Positions 25,841-35,731 of a stretch of DNA of 64,000 nucleotides are shown piece by piece (within the stretch, counting starts at the first letter, position 1; each line of letters begins with the position of its first letter). The notes beneath the pieces are model-generated. The model worked only from the letters and a program-made list of their open reading frames with translations, was not told where the DNA came from and ran no database searches. Origin of the DNA: an uncultured virus (IMG/VR IMGVR_UViG_3300032327_000191) (lineage: Duplodnaviria; Heunggongvirae; Uroviricota; Caudoviricetes). The stretch is taken from the IMG/VR virus record IMGVR_UViG_3300032327_000191; one strand, given 5' to 3'. The position numbers and the translations under genes were made by a program.

Positions 25841-26054
25841 AGGTACTCCAAACTACTCTCTTCATGTTATTGTCTCCGGTGGTCGTGATAGACACGACAC
25901 TCCAGTCAGAAAATAAAGTATCTGAGGCAGCGATTACGTCGTCGTCAGACGGAGCCTCAATGGTCACGTAGGTACGTGCTCGCCACCACTTTGCGGGGTG
26001 AGCTTGTGCGTACTCAATTGAGTACTCTTGCATCTTGATGTGTCCCTCACGCAT
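25833..26054 (-). CDS. Small protein (Y.I....IEA.S motif)
   Basis: TAATG coupling at 26054. Confidence 0.55.
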   Translation of the reverse strand: MREGHIKMQEYSIEYAQAHPAKWWRARTYVTIEAPSDDDVIAASDTLFSDWSVVSITTTGDNNMKRVVWSTYE

Positions 26055-26323
26055 TAGTCCTCCAAAATAGCATTTGCCAAACCAAGAAACTCTCGGCAAG
26101 CGTAAAGGTCGTCGGGGTCAAGTGAGCCATCTTCTGTGATAGCCGACGAGTCAAGAAACTTTTTACCAAGCTCCAAGAGGTCAATAAGCCACGGAACGGT
26201 TCGATACAAAACTTTTGCCTCGGAATATAAAACCATAGTGTCGTGGTGTTCTTTCCACCCAAGAAGCTTATTCAAAGCCCTGTCGATGGTTTCCTGTGGG
26301 AGTTCAACGTTTGAAGATGTCAT
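26054..26323 (-). CDS. Hypothetical protein
   Basis: AAGGA RBS. Confidence 0.6.
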   Translation of the reverse strand: MTSSNVELPQETIDRALNKLLGWKEHHDTMVLYSEAKVLYRTVPWLIDLLELGKKFLDSSAITEDGSLDPDDLYACREFLGLANAILED

Positions 26324-26750
26324 ACCAATGTCCTTTTCTGTTTACAACCTTTATGATACCCAAGTCAACAAGCTGAGACAACGCGCCGACCAAGGTGCTT
26401 ACGGATACTTGTGTAAAAACTTTACGCGTCATTACCCAAGCAGAGGCTGGGAGGACATCTTCGTCATCTAGCTCGGCTTTTTGATACTCGGTAATTCCTT
26501 CTGCCATTGTGTGCGCAAAAGCGTAAAGAAGAGGAATTAAATGAGATATTTCAGATACGCGGTTTTCGCTTTCCTCATACTCTTTGTCTAAAACTTCCTC
26601 GCTAATCTCAGACATGCCTAAATACGCAACTACTTCTTCTGCTTCAGGAAGTTGAGAGTCGTAAATAAACTCTCTTATTCGGGCTGTCAACTCTGGGATA
26701 GACATGTCTTCTGGGCGGTTGCGATGAAATATCACTTTGCTTCGCCCCAT
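26304..26750 (-). CDS. Acidic hypothetical protein
   Basis: ORF overlapping the end of polA. Confidence 0.65.
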   Translation of the reverse strand: MGRSKVIFHRNRPEDMSIPELTARIREFIYDSQLPEAEEVVAYLGMSEISEEVLDKEYEESENRVSEISHLIPLLYAFAHTMAEGITEYQKAELDDEDVLPASAWVMTRKVFTQVSVSTLVGALSQLVDLGIIKVVNRKGHWYDIFKR

Positions 26751-28735
26751 TTATCAACCACGTTAATTTCAGCCACAAGAGGTATTGTAATCTGCTTTAA
26801 CTTAATACCTTCCATAGACACGCGAATCGCTTCGACGGTCTCTTCTGCACGGTCTTCGGGGCACATAGTGACCAGTTCGTCATGAACCGTGAGAACTACA
26901 TTGATGTCTGGCTCGTCAATAAAGCACGAATGAGCGCGGACAATAGCCAACTTCATGACGTCCGCAGCAGAACCTTGAATGACGGTGTTGAATGCCTGAC
27001 GTTCTGCTCTAGAGAGGAATCCTTGTTCCCGACTTATGAGGTCTGGCAAATAGCGTCGGCGTCCAAAGATAGTCTCAACATACGGTACTGGCTTTGTCTG
27101 TCGAGCAAGACGTACTACCTCACCCTTGTACTTGGTAACCGACGAAAACGCGGACTCAAAGTCGGCAAGAAGTTGTCGCGCTTCCTTGACCGTACAACCA
27201 ATGCTGGAGGCAATCTTATCGGGTCCCACACCGTACGAGATGGCAAGAACCAGAACCTTGCCAGCCTTGCGGTCAACGCCCATCGTGTCACCGATAGCTG
27301 TGTAAATGTCCCCACCAGTACGGTACGTCTCAGTCATAACAGGGTCATTAGAAAATGACGCAATGATTCTTGGCTCAATCTGAGAGTAGTCTGCTACGAC
27401 CAACTTGTACCCCGGTTGAGCAACAAAGAGATTACGAATAAGCTTTCCGTATTCACCTGAGGATGGTATGTTCTGGAGGTTAGGGTTTGCCGATGAAAGA
27501 CGCCCAGTCTCAGCACCGTGCGCTTTAAAGTCCGTGTGCACACGCCCTTTGATAAGCAGACTCTTTTTATCAATGAGTCGTTCCTTACCTTTATTTACGC
27601 GCTTTACCTCGCCACCAGCGTAGGGGGTTACGTACGTGGTCATAATCTTGTTGAGGTCTTGATACTCCAACAGAGCGTCAACCAACTCGTCTTGACCACG
27701 GTACATCTCCAGTGCGTCTGCACTGACAGAGTAGTGTTGAGGAAGGATAGGGGAATTAGATGCCCGTGCTTCTTGACCCTTAGGAGTAAGAGCAATCTTC
27801 AGTGCTGGGTTTGGGCGAATCCGAGGTGATTTAGCCCCGTCACGTTTTGAGAACAACAGCTCTTGTTTAACAGGGACAGAGTTAATACTAAACGTCTCAC
27901 CTGCAAGACGGTACACCCGCTTCTCTGCTTCAAGCTTGTCGTGAGACAATTGCTCGTCAAGAACCTTTAGCTGGTCAAGGTCGATAACTGCACCTGCCAA
28001 CTCCATGTCGCACAACGCGGGGAGACAATCCATCTCCAACTTCCAAACCTTGCTTAAGTTACCTTCCAGTTTGGGAGTAAGAGCCTTGTATAGTTTCCAC
28101 GTCACGTCGGCGTCGATACCTGCGTACTTTGCCACATCTTCAAAAGAGTGCTGAGAAATGTCTTCTCCAACCCCTTTTTCAATCTTGAGTTTAAGTTCTC
28201 GTTCTACGCAGTAGAGAAGGCTCAACTTGTGGCGGTTACGGTTGTCAATGATAAACGATGCCATCATGGTGTCAAAGTAAGGACCGCTGGGAATGGTGGT
28301 CTTGTAGTACTTAGCCACAGACTTTAAGTCAAATTTTAGGTTGTGACCAATCTTCAATGCAGGTCCAAACATGACGGGCTTAATTGCGGAGAACACCTCT
28401 GCCGGAGTCAACTGCTCGGGCGGGTCTGTGAACTGAGGAATCCACAGCTTAGAGTTTTTAGAGAAGTGAGTGTCACTAAGTGGCTTGCCCTCAGCGACCC
28501 GTCGTTTACCAGAGAGGAGAAGGGGCTTAGTCCAGAACTCAAACTCTCCGTTGGGGTGACCCATGGGGATTACGTCCACACGACTGTCTGTGGCAAATGA
28601 CAGCCAACAAACGTCGTTGATAATGGTATTGACGCGGTTTTCCCCGATAGTTTCGCAGTCATAGGCAAAAGCGTCTACCGCACTGTATGCCTGTACAAAT
28701 TCTTCTAGTTGTTCCCTTGTAGTAATGATGTTCAT
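26732..28735 (-). CDS. polA: Family A DNA polymerase (3'-5' exo plus polymerase, no 5' nuclease)
   Basis: ExoI YDCET; TGRLSS.NPNLQNIP; DYSQIE; motif B K...L...YG; VHDE. Confidence 0.97.
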   Translation of the reverse strand: MNIITTREQLEEFVQAYSAVDAFAYDCETIGENRVNTIINDVCWLSFATDSRVDVIPMGHPNGEFEFWTKPLLLSGKRRVAEGKPLSDTHFSKNSKLWIPQFTDPPEQLTPAEVFSAIKPVMFGPALKIGHNLKFDLKSVAKYYKTTIPSGPYFDTMMASFIIDNRNRHKLSLLYCVERELKLKIEKGVGEDISQHSFEDVAKYAGIDADVTWKLYKALTPKLEGNLSKVWKLEMDCLPALCDMELAGAVIDLDQLKVLDEQLSHDKLEAEKRVYRLAGETFSINSVPVKQELLFSKRDGAKSPRIRPNPALKIALTPKGQEARASNSPILPQHYSVSADALEMYRGQDELVDALLEYQDLNKIMTTYVTPYAGGEVKRVNKGKERLIDKKSLLIKGRVHTDFKAHGAETGRLSSANPNLQNIPSSGEYGKLIRNLFVAQPGYKLVVADYSQIEPRIIASFSNDPVMTETYRTGGDIYTAIGDTMGVDRKAGKVLVLAISYGVGPDKIASSIGCTVKEARQLLADFESAFSSVTKYKGEVVRLARQTKPVPYVETIFGRRRYLPDLISREQGFLSRAERQAFNTVIQGSAADVMKLAIVRAHSCFIDEPDINVVLTVHDELVTMCPEDRAEETVEAIRVSMEGIKLKQITIPLVAEINVVDKWGEAK

Positions 28736-28784
28736 TTTATTGTCCCTTGTTAAATGTCTCCTTTTCTTACCCACCAATTAAGAA

Positions 28785-28827
28785 GGGAGCTGAGGTGTAG
28801 AAAGGATAGAAAGCCACCTCAGCCCCC
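28785..28827 (-). terminator. Hairpin/terminator after ssb
   Basis: GGG.GCTGAGGTG...CACCTCAGC.CCC stem followed by TTCTT. Confidence 0.6.
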
Positions 28828-28840
28828 GTTCTATGAGTGG

Positions 28841-29512
28841 TTACGCAGCCCCAAAGGACTCCGCGAGCTTCACCAGTTCCTCGTAGGGGGAGACGTAAAC
28901 TGTGTCGTTCGTGTACGGAGTAGCGGTTGCCATGAACTCAGCAACCTTGTCGGGGTCGATTTTCCACTCTTCGGCAAGGTCACGGGGACGAACACGCTCA
29001 AGGGAAAAGCGTGTGGTGGGACCCATTCCCTGCCGAGAAATTGCCCAGAATGACTTGGTCAAAGGACCGCGCATCGGGTCTTCATTCGCTGTCTGCAAAT
29101 CGCGTCCAAAGCTGACACCAGCAGTCAGAATCTTGACTTCCCACTCTTCATCTGTCAGAACTACGACGTTGAAGTCATACTTCTGTGCAGGTACGTTGCT
29201 GACCGGCTTGTCACACAACGGGCAGGGCTGTCCGGGAAGTGCGCAGACAAAAGAGCGCTTTCCTGCGGAACGGTCAATCCAGTGCTGCTTGTAGTTAGCA
29301 AACGGCGCGTCCTCAAAAAAGGCGACTACTTGAGTCTGAGGACCGAACTTGAACGCGGTGGGGTACTTCTTGTCCTTGTTAACAGGAGCGGTTCCCCAAC
29401 CAGACTGTACGGAAGTTCCGTACTTAGGTGTAGCGGTAGGTGAATCCTCAGCAAGAACTGCTGGGGATTCATAATCATCGGCATCAATGTTTGGCAATTG
29501 CATAATCGGCAT
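28841..29512 (-). CDS. ssDNA-binding protein (gp32-like, zinc-binding)
   Basis: QHW...F.C....CPLC; G.G..T..; replication context. Confidence 0.75.
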   Translation of the reverse strand: MPIMQLPNIDADDYESPAVLAEDSPTATPKYGTSVQSGWGTAPVNKDKKYPTAFKFGPQTQVVAFFEDAPFANYKQHWIDRSAGKRSFVCALPGQPCPLCDKPVSNVPAQKYDFNVVVLTDEEWEVKILTAGVSFGRDLQTANEDPMRGPLTKSFWAISRQGMGPTTRFSLERVRPRDLAEEWKIDPDKVAEFMATATPYTNDTVYVSPYEELVKLAESFGAA

Positions 29513-29530
29513 ACTTTCGGTAATGAGTAC

Positions 29531-30019
29531 TTACGCACTCGGTTTTTGGTTGATGGCTTCTCTCCATCTATCAACGAGTATAGATGTTAAGTCGCCCAAT
29601 TGATTCCACTCGACACGCGCAGAACCAAGAAGTCCTCGCTTGCCAAATTCCTCAATTGCTATTTCAATCAGTTCCCGAGTATACACCCGGTTACCGTTGA
29701 CCTTGTTACCGTTTAGGGTTTTAGACCGCAAACGATAGGGAGCAATGGGGATGTACCCCTTCTTTTCCCAAAGCCTAATTGTAACTACTTTTTTCTCCAG
29801 AGCATCTGCTAATGCGCTGATTGTAAACACCTCTACGGGCACGCCCTGCATGTGTTTAATAATGGGGGTACTGTCCCACCCATTTGATTCCCCAAGAGCT
29901 TTTGCTCGTCGCCTGTCAGCAACAGGGGTGGTATCCCTACGGGGCTTTTTAGAGCCGGGAACTTTATCAAGACCTTCAAAGGCGCGAAGAATGTCTTCTT
30001 CACTACGCATTCCGGGCAT
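29531..30019 (-). CDS. MerR-like HTH DNA-binding protein
   Basis: FTI..LA..L....TIR.WE..G.IP...R.YT. Confidence 0.85.
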   Translation of the reverse strand: MPGMRSEEDILRAFEGLDKVPGSKKPRRDTTPVADRRRAKALGESNGWDSTPIIKHMQGVPVEVFTISALADALEKKVVTIRLWEKKGYIPIAPYRLRSKTLNGNKVNGNRVYTRELIEIAIEEFGKRGLLGSARVEWNQLGDLTSILVDRWREAINQKPSA

Positions 30020-30020
30020 G

Positions 30021-30464
30021 CTAGCCCTTCTTGGTGGTCAAAGCCCAGATGGTCTTCTTGGGGAACATCTCGTCAATTTCATCCTCGGTCAACTTACCTT
30101 CGTAAAGCTGGGACATGAGGGCACCCTCGTCGATTACGCGAACCATCTTGTATACATCATCTCCAATACCCTTCTCTTCAATGATTCGTTCTGCAACGGT
30201 GTCATCAAGGTAGGGGGTAATTCGAGCGGTCTTCTGTAGGCAACGGATTCCTTCAACAGACTGGGGAAGGTCAAGAATGACGTTACCTTTTTCATCTTCG
30301 TAACCCTCCTCTTCAATCTTGGAAAACAGAAGGTCGCGCAGCTCTTTCTGCCGAGCCTCCATGTAGTTCATTGAAGCCTTAAGCTTTGCGTACTCACGGA
30401 CCTGTGCTTCGAGGCTGTTGGGGTCAACAAATCGTGTTTCTTCTTCGGGAATAATCTGTGCCAT
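30021..30464 (-). CDS. Conserved hypothetical protein with N-terminal coiled coil
   Basis: AAGGA RBS. Confidence 0.75.
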   Translation of the reverse strand: MAQIIPEEETRFVDPNSLEAQVREYAKLKASMNYMEARQKELRDLLFSKIEEEGYEDEKGNVILDLPQSVEGIRCLQKTARITPYLDDTVAERIIEEKGIGDDVYKMVRVIDEGALMSQLYEGKLTEDEIDEMFPKKTIWALTTKKG

Positions 30465-30474
30465 GTTATGTCCT

Positions 30475-32046
30475 TTAAATTCGTGATGATAGGAAATTTA
30501 TCAAACTTCCTACAGTGAGGTCAACCCCTCCATCAGAGTTTATACCTTCTCCATCTAACACTGCCCCTGCGACACTCATCTTCTGCTGAAGCATGTCGTA
30601 CTGTCGTTGCTCGATAGAGCCGTTGATAAGGAAGTCTTGAATGGTAACTGTTTGCCATGTAGAGCTGGTTCTCTTGATTCGCCCGTTACGTTGGACTGAA
30701 AGACCGGAAGACCAAGGTTGGTCATAGTTAATGAGCAAGTTTGCTTGAGGTAAATCAACCCCATAACCTCCAGCGTCACTGCTGACAAGTACCCGAATAT
30801 CGGTAGAAGTTTGGAAGGCAACCTTGTGGGCTTCCTTCTCTTTGGCGTTCATCTTCCCTGTGTAAGGAAGGGCTTTAAAGTTTTTTGCACCTAGACGATT
30901 GACGATGTGGTCAACTGAGCCAAGATAACTTGAGAACACAACGGCTTTGTACGACTCATCAATGTCTAGGTGCTCACTCAAGTATGAGACAACTGCGTCA
31001 AGCTTGGGGGTCTTATCGACACCTTCTAACAACCCTTCCTCTCCGAGGGAATGCACAAAAGCACTTCCTTTTCCCTGTTGAGCAGAAAAATTTTTGTAAC
31101 TCTCTTTGAGTAAGTCGGGGTGCGAACAGAGCATGCGAAGCGCGGTGATTCGGGACATAATCTTGCCCCTCATTTCGTTTGCGGGGTCATTAGGTCCCTG
31201 TGACTGACCGTAGTGGGAAGCAATGCTGAAAGATGCTCCAAATAATTGGCTGGCGTCTAAAAGCAATGAGTGCAGGTCGGTGGCAATGTAGTTGTACAAC
31301 GACTTGGTCTTGGAGTCAAAGGTGACAAGCATAGGCTCGCGGTAAACAGCGTCAGGAAGAAACGGAGCTACGTCTTCGTCTTTTTGAGACTTGCGGGCTG
31401 TGTGGTCTGAAAGTGTGGAGTACAAAGTCGGAAGATTGCGGTAACGCAAAACTCCGCCAAAATGATTACGAACAATAAATGTTTTATCAAACAAGTCAAA
31501 ACGACCAAGAACCTCGCGGTTCACAAACTCCATGATGGAGTAAATCTCTTCTGGTCGCCCGTTCTCAATAGGTGTCCCTGTCAGGGCATACCTGATGGGA
31601 ATTGATTTAGAAAGCTCTTTTACTTTTTTTGCTCGTTTTGCTCGGAATCCTTTGATTGCTGTTGCTTCGTCGCAAATGATTGCAGAAAAACTTTTAGTGC
31701 GAATAATGTCCCAGTCATTTACCACCTGCTCGTAATTCATGATGATGTAGTTGTAATCCAAGTATGTCTCGTAAGACATATTTCGTTGCTTGGGCGTACC
31801 GTCAATCACTAGCGCAGTTTGGTCACTGAACTTATTGATTTCTTTTTGCCACTGGTACTTCAAGCTGGCAAGACAAAGCACAAGAACCGGAGAGGTGACC
31901 TCGCCGGATTCTCGTAATGTCTCAATCGCTGCAATGGTGCTTGGCGTTTTGCCAAGACCCATCTCGTATGCCATGAGGAGTTTCTTTTTCTCCACCATAG
32001 CGTCCACAGCCTCCACCTGATAGGGGAGTAGGGAACCCTTAAACAT
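30475..32046 (-). CDS. SNF2-family helicase
   Basis: LLPYQ; MGLGKT; DEAT; LTGTP..N; Q..GRI.R. Confidence 0.95.
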   Translation of the reverse strand: MFKGSLLPYQVEAVDAMVEKKKLLMAYEMGLGKTPSTIAAIETLRESGEVTSPVLVLCLASLKYQWQKEINKFSDQTALVIDGTPKQRNMSYETYLDYNYIIMNYEQVVNDWDIIRTKSFSAIICDEATAIKGFRAKRAKKVKELSKSIPIRYALTGTPIENGRPEEIYSIMEFVNREVLGRFDLFDKTFIVRNHFGGVLRYRNLPTLYSTLSDHTARKSQKDEDVAPFLPDAVYREPMLVTFDSKTKSLYNYIATDLHSLLLDASQLFGASFSIASHYGQSQGPNDPANEMRGKIMSRITALRMLCSHPDLLKESYKNFSAQQGKGSAFVHSLGEEGLLEGVDKTPKLDAVVSYLSEHLDIDESYKAVVFSSYLGSVDHIVNRLGAKNFKALPYTGKMNAKEKEAHKVAFQTSTDIRVLVSSDAGGYGVDLPQANLLINYDQPWSSGLSVQRNGRIKRTSSTWQTVTIQDFLINGSIEQRQYDMLQQKMSVAGAVLDGEGINSDGGVDLTVGSLINFLSSRI

Positions 32047-33019
32047 ACGCGCGTTCTCCTAGGAGGCTTGAGGTAGAGTTTTCAATACCCCATGCTATCT
32101 CACTATCAGTCATATCTCCGGGGTCTTTCTTGCTCGTGTCACCGTAGTTAAAGAACGACAAGTTGATTCCGTACGTGATTGCTTGTCGCATTAACTCGCT
32201 AGAAACCTTCTTGCCAGCAGAGTCTATTTTAGGGTTGTCAAAAGCAGCGATGACACGGTCAGCGTAACGAATGATGCGGAGTTGCGTCTCACTGATAGAA
32301 GACCCACAAATTGCAACAGCTCCGGGGAATCCTGCGGTGTGCAAGCGTGCGCAGTCTAGAGGTGACTCTACAAGGTACACAACGCTCTCCTGCATTTGAC
32401 CAAAACCAAAAAGGGTCTTAGAACGAGGAAGACCCGCTGGTCTATTCATGAAAGTTCTTTCTACAGTTCCCTTTTCCTGCCAACCTAGTAGCTTCTTGGT
32501 GTAGGGGTCGTAAAAAGGAAAAACCCACGCTTTCCTGCGTTCATCCCAAAGGATGTTGTAAGCCTCCACCGACTCCCGTGAGAGGTTACGCTCTCGAAGT
32601 TTGTCGTCAGGGGGAGAAACAAAGACTGCAAGATGTGCCTCTGATACTTCAATTGGTTTGGGGGTTTCTTCAATGCGTCTAGGAATAGCAGCCAGCATTT
32701 CCGCGAGTCTTTCAGGAGAAATATCACCAAGTTCTGCTAGCCAACGTTTTGCGGCTTGGTAGTCGTAACTGTAAGTGTCTCCCCAGTTCTTGACGTAGAA
32801 CTCTTCAACATCGCAGACTAGCTGGAGAACATTCCCCTTGTATTGGCAAGAAAAACAGATGTGCTGTCCGGTGTCGAGGTTTATCCACCATGAGGGTGAG
32901 CGGTCATCCTTGCCCGTACGAGCCTTGTGCATGGGGCAAAGACCTAGGGCTTCATTGCCCTTCTCCTCAAAGTCAATACCCAAACGAATGAGGACTTCTT
33001 CAATGTCGATGTCAATCAT
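32039..33019 (-). CDS. DNA primase (CHC2 zinc finger plus TOPRIM)
   Basis: CP.H...CFSC; VES.LD; FDN; KDPG. Confidence 0.92.
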   Translation of the reverse strand: MIDIDIEEVLIRLGIDFEEKGNEALGLCPMHKARTGKDDRSPSWWINLDTGQHICFSCQYKGNVLQLVCDVEEFYVKNWGDTYSYDYQAAKRWLAELGDISPERLAEMLAAIPRRIEETPKPIEVSEAHLAVFVSPPDDKLRERNLSRESVEAYNILWDERRKAWVFPFYDPYTKKLLGWQEKGTVERTFMNRPAGLPRSKTLFGFGQMQESVVYLVESPLDCARLHTAGFPGAVAICGSSISETQLRIIRYADRVIAAFDNPKIDSAGKKVSSELMRQAITYGINLSFFNYGDTSKKDPGDMTDSEIAWGIENSTSSLLGERAYV

Positions 33020-34266
33020 TGCTGAATCCAAGGGGTGCAGTACTTGCATTCAAACTTCTTGCTTTCATCATGGAAGCATCCTATATCCCACCGCCACGTA
33101 ATGGAAGTCTCCTCCGGGGGAGCGTTACGGGACTGGACAACTTTCAAGAGTCGAACCTCTTCATCGCCGTCCACCGGCTCAAGACCAAGAATAACGTCCG
33201 AGTCTTGGAAGAACGACGACGAGTAACCAATCGAGTCTGCGGTGACTTTCCCATTCCGCATCTTCCACAACAGAGTCTGAGTAGTGATAACGACTGGGAT
33301 GTCCATACTCTGTGCCACCCGCTTGAGACCACGAGTGATGTTAGTCAATGCTTGAGGGGTGTTGGAGTCACCTGTGACTTGGTCCAGCATCAGGTAGACA
33401 CCGTCAATGAACATAATGTCTGGCTTCAACTGGTCGGCTTTAGCCACGAGTGCGTCAATCGTTAGACCGTTCACTGCATCCACCAGATGGAACGGAGGAG
33501 CGTCTGCCATCTGAATGAGCATGTCTCGATACCGAGCCTCTTCGCTATCAGATAGCTTTCCAAGTCGAAGGTCTTTGTGAGAGAGGTGCGCACGCATAGC
33601 ATCGTGACGCTGAGTTTGCTCGGCGTTGTTCATCTCAAAACTTTGGAACATCGGGACTTTACCGATGGCGTGAGTGTTAATAGCCATCTGCAAGGCAATC
33701 TGAGACTTACCCGTTTTAGGGGGAGCGATAACCGTAATCAACTGCCCACCCTGAAGCCCTGCGGTAGCCTCATCAATCGCGGCAAAACCAGTGGGAATCC
33801 CAAGGAACTCATTGTTCTGCATTTCCTCGTAGTGAAGAAAACGAGACTCGGGGTCTTTGGTCAAGTCAACGTGTTGGGTCCCAACAATGCCCTGCTCATT
33901 GACAATCGAAATAGTCTTGGACATCTCGGAAAGAGCGGACTCAAAGTTGTTCTGCTGCATGTCGGCAACAGCTTGAGCAACACCCTGATTAACCAAAGTG
34001 CGACGGCGGAAAGCAACCATCTGGTCAATGAGGTAGTCAATAGTATCTCCGACATCGAGTGCCGTGAAGTTTGGGAAGTTGTCCTTTACCGCTGTGTACG
34101 TAGGTACTTCTCGGTATTTGGCGTAGTGCTCTCGGACAAACTTCCAGATACGACGAAGGTCGGGGTCAACAATCCAGTCGTCCCGAATCCCAACCTCGAT
34201 AACCGGAATGATGTTCCGGTCTGTGATTACTTTGCTAAGTAACCTGTACTCGTTATCGTGTGCCAT
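33016..34266 (-). CDS. dnaB: DnaB-like replicative helicase
   Basis: APPKTGKS; S.EM; IDG.YL; QDSD..L. Confidence 0.95.
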   Translation of the reverse strand: MAHDNEYRLLSKVITDRNIIPVIEVGIRDDWIVDPDLRRIWKFVREHYAKYREVPTYTAVKDNFPNFTALDVGDTIDYLIDQMVAFRRRTLVNQGVAQAVADMQQNNFESALSEMSKTISIVNEQGIVGTQHVDLTKDPESRFLHYEEMQNNEFLGIPTGFAAIDEATAGLQGGQLITVIAPPKTGKSQIALQMAINTHAIGKVPMFQSFEMNNAEQTQRHDAMRAHLSHKDLRLGKLSDSEEARYRDMLIQMADAPPFHLVDAVNGLTIDALVAKADQLKPDIMFIDGVYLMLDQVTGDSNTPQALTNITRGLKRVAQSMDIPVVITTQTLLWKMRNGKVTADSIGYSSSFFQDSDVILGLEPVDGDEEVRLLKVVQSRNAPPEETSITWRWDIGCFHDESKKFECKYCTPWIQQ

Positions 34267-34287
34267 CTTATTTCCCTTGTTTTGTAC

Positions 34288-34707
34288 CTATAAATTCTGT
34301 AGTTCAATTCCCCATGAACCGTAGCGTGCAACACGCTCTACTATGTCTATCACACCTTTGAGGTTAGTCCTATAAGGCAACTCGCCAATGAAGTCGTCAA
34401 TACTCGGGTAAAGCTCCGCGTAGTTAAACGGGTTCCCGCCCCGACTATCAAGTCGAGCCATCAACTTGTCCAAGTGTTCTTGAGTCCAAAGCTCTGACTC
34501 AAATGCAGAAAGTTCTACGGATAGTCCAAACTGATAGGACTTGTTCCACAGCAAGGACAAGGCGGGGTTATTAAGACCCAAGATTCGTCTGGTGAGTTTA
34601 TTGCCACGGATTATTCTTTTCTCCTCATCAATGTCTGACGAGACTACCGCGTCAATGTTTACGATTATTCTTGGCGGAGTTTCATTGGATATGTCCCCGC
34701 GTAACAC
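34288..34707 (-). CDS. Hypothetical protein, possibly degenerate HAD fold
   Basis: RIIVNID; GVID. Confidence 0.6.
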   Translation of the reverse strand: MLRGDISNETPPRIIVNIDAVVSSDIDEEKRIIRGNKLTRRILGLNNPALSLLWNKSYQFGLSVELSAFESELWTQEHLDKLMARLDSRGGNPFNYAELYPSIDDFIGELPYRTNLKGVIDIVERVARYGSWGIELQNL

Positions 34708-35012
34708 TAAATAACCTCAATGCGAGCGTTATGAATCAACATGTTGCGGAACGAGTCTGCACTTTCTGATGCTCGTTCTATCTCTTCGTCACTAACGTGC
34801 TCGGGGATAGTAATGCTGTACGAGCCATTCTTGGAGATGATTTGCTGACGCACGTAACGCACATGAGCACACCGCTTTCCAGTCTTGTAGACATCGCAGT
34901 CGCACTTAAGTCGCTTGTAATTATCAGGGTTAGCTTGAACTTCATGAACCCCGTCCTCAGACAAGAAGAACTGAAGGGAACGCCATTCTGCCACGGGCTT
35001 AGCCTCTCTCAT
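34707..35012 (-). CDS. SWIM zinc-finger protein
   Basis: CDC.......CAH. Confidence 0.8.
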   Translation of the reverse strand: MREAKPVAEWRSLQFFLSEDGVHEVQANPDNYKRLKCDCDVYKTGKRCAHVRYVRQQIISKNGSYSITIPEHVSDEEIERASESADSFRNMLIHNARIEVI

Positions 35013-35731
35013 CAGTTTTTACGCAAGTCCTTTCCATCCAGTTTAACGCGTCGAAAGGCTTCATGTGCGAAAGACTCCATCGCTTCTGAATAAACTTCCT
35101 TCCACGTCTCACGGGAAACGTTGGTGGTCAGGATTGTCGGGAGACCCTTGTCGTAACGAGTTCGCAGGATATCGTCGAAAGTAAACTTGTCGTACTCAGA
35201 GCCGTACTCTTTGCCAAGGTCATCTAGAACCAGTAGGCGAACATTGAGCGTGTCTTCTTTGGCACGACCGTGGAACCCATCCATCTCCTCTTGCAACCGC
35301 TTACGGTCGTCTACGTCGGCATCAAACAACGCTTTCTTGCGGTAGAGCAGGTCGGTGAATGTCAAGTAATAGACGGGGCGCATGTTCCGCCCATAAGCCG
35401 AGCGGGGCATGTGAAGAATCTTGGATGCTTGGTCTGGGTCTTCTGGAAGGTTCTTAACGAACTCAATCAGGGATGCTACGGCATGCGTGGTCTTGCCTCG
35501 TCCCGGAGGTCCCTCAAGCAAGACTCCGACTCCTGTGGTACCAAGACCTCCGACGTTGAGGATTACTTTGCCATCCATGAGGTCGTGAAACCAGTCCTCA
35601 AGTTCAACGGGTAGGTTCCCCTGACTCTCCCGAATGTTGTCAAAATCCCAGCGCAGGTAGCGCGTAGGAATGTTCGACATCTTTGTCAACCAGTGCTCCC
35701 TGTTGAGACCGATTGTCCTCATGTCAAGCAT
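35012..35731 (-). CDS. DnaC/IstB-like AAA+ helicase loader
   Basis: GPPGRGKT; LVLDDLGKE; RY....PTI.TTN; G.DLR. Confidence 0.9.
   Translation of the reverse strand: MLDMRTIGLNREHWLTKMSNIPTRYLRWDFDNIRESQGNLPVELEDWFHDLMDGKVILNVGGLGTTGVGVLLEGPPGRGKTTHAVASLIEFVKNLPEDPDQASKILHMPRSAYGRNMRPVYYLTFTDLLYRKKALFDADVDDRKRLQEEMDGFHGRAKEDTLNVRLLVLDDLGKEYGSEYDKFTFDDILRTRYDKGLPTILTTNVSRETWKEVYSEAMESFAHEAFRRVKLDGKDLRKN

Noticed and set aside
35012..35731. IS21 element suggested by the IstB-like ATPase
   Set aside because: No IstA transposase or terminal repeats; context indicates a helicase loader
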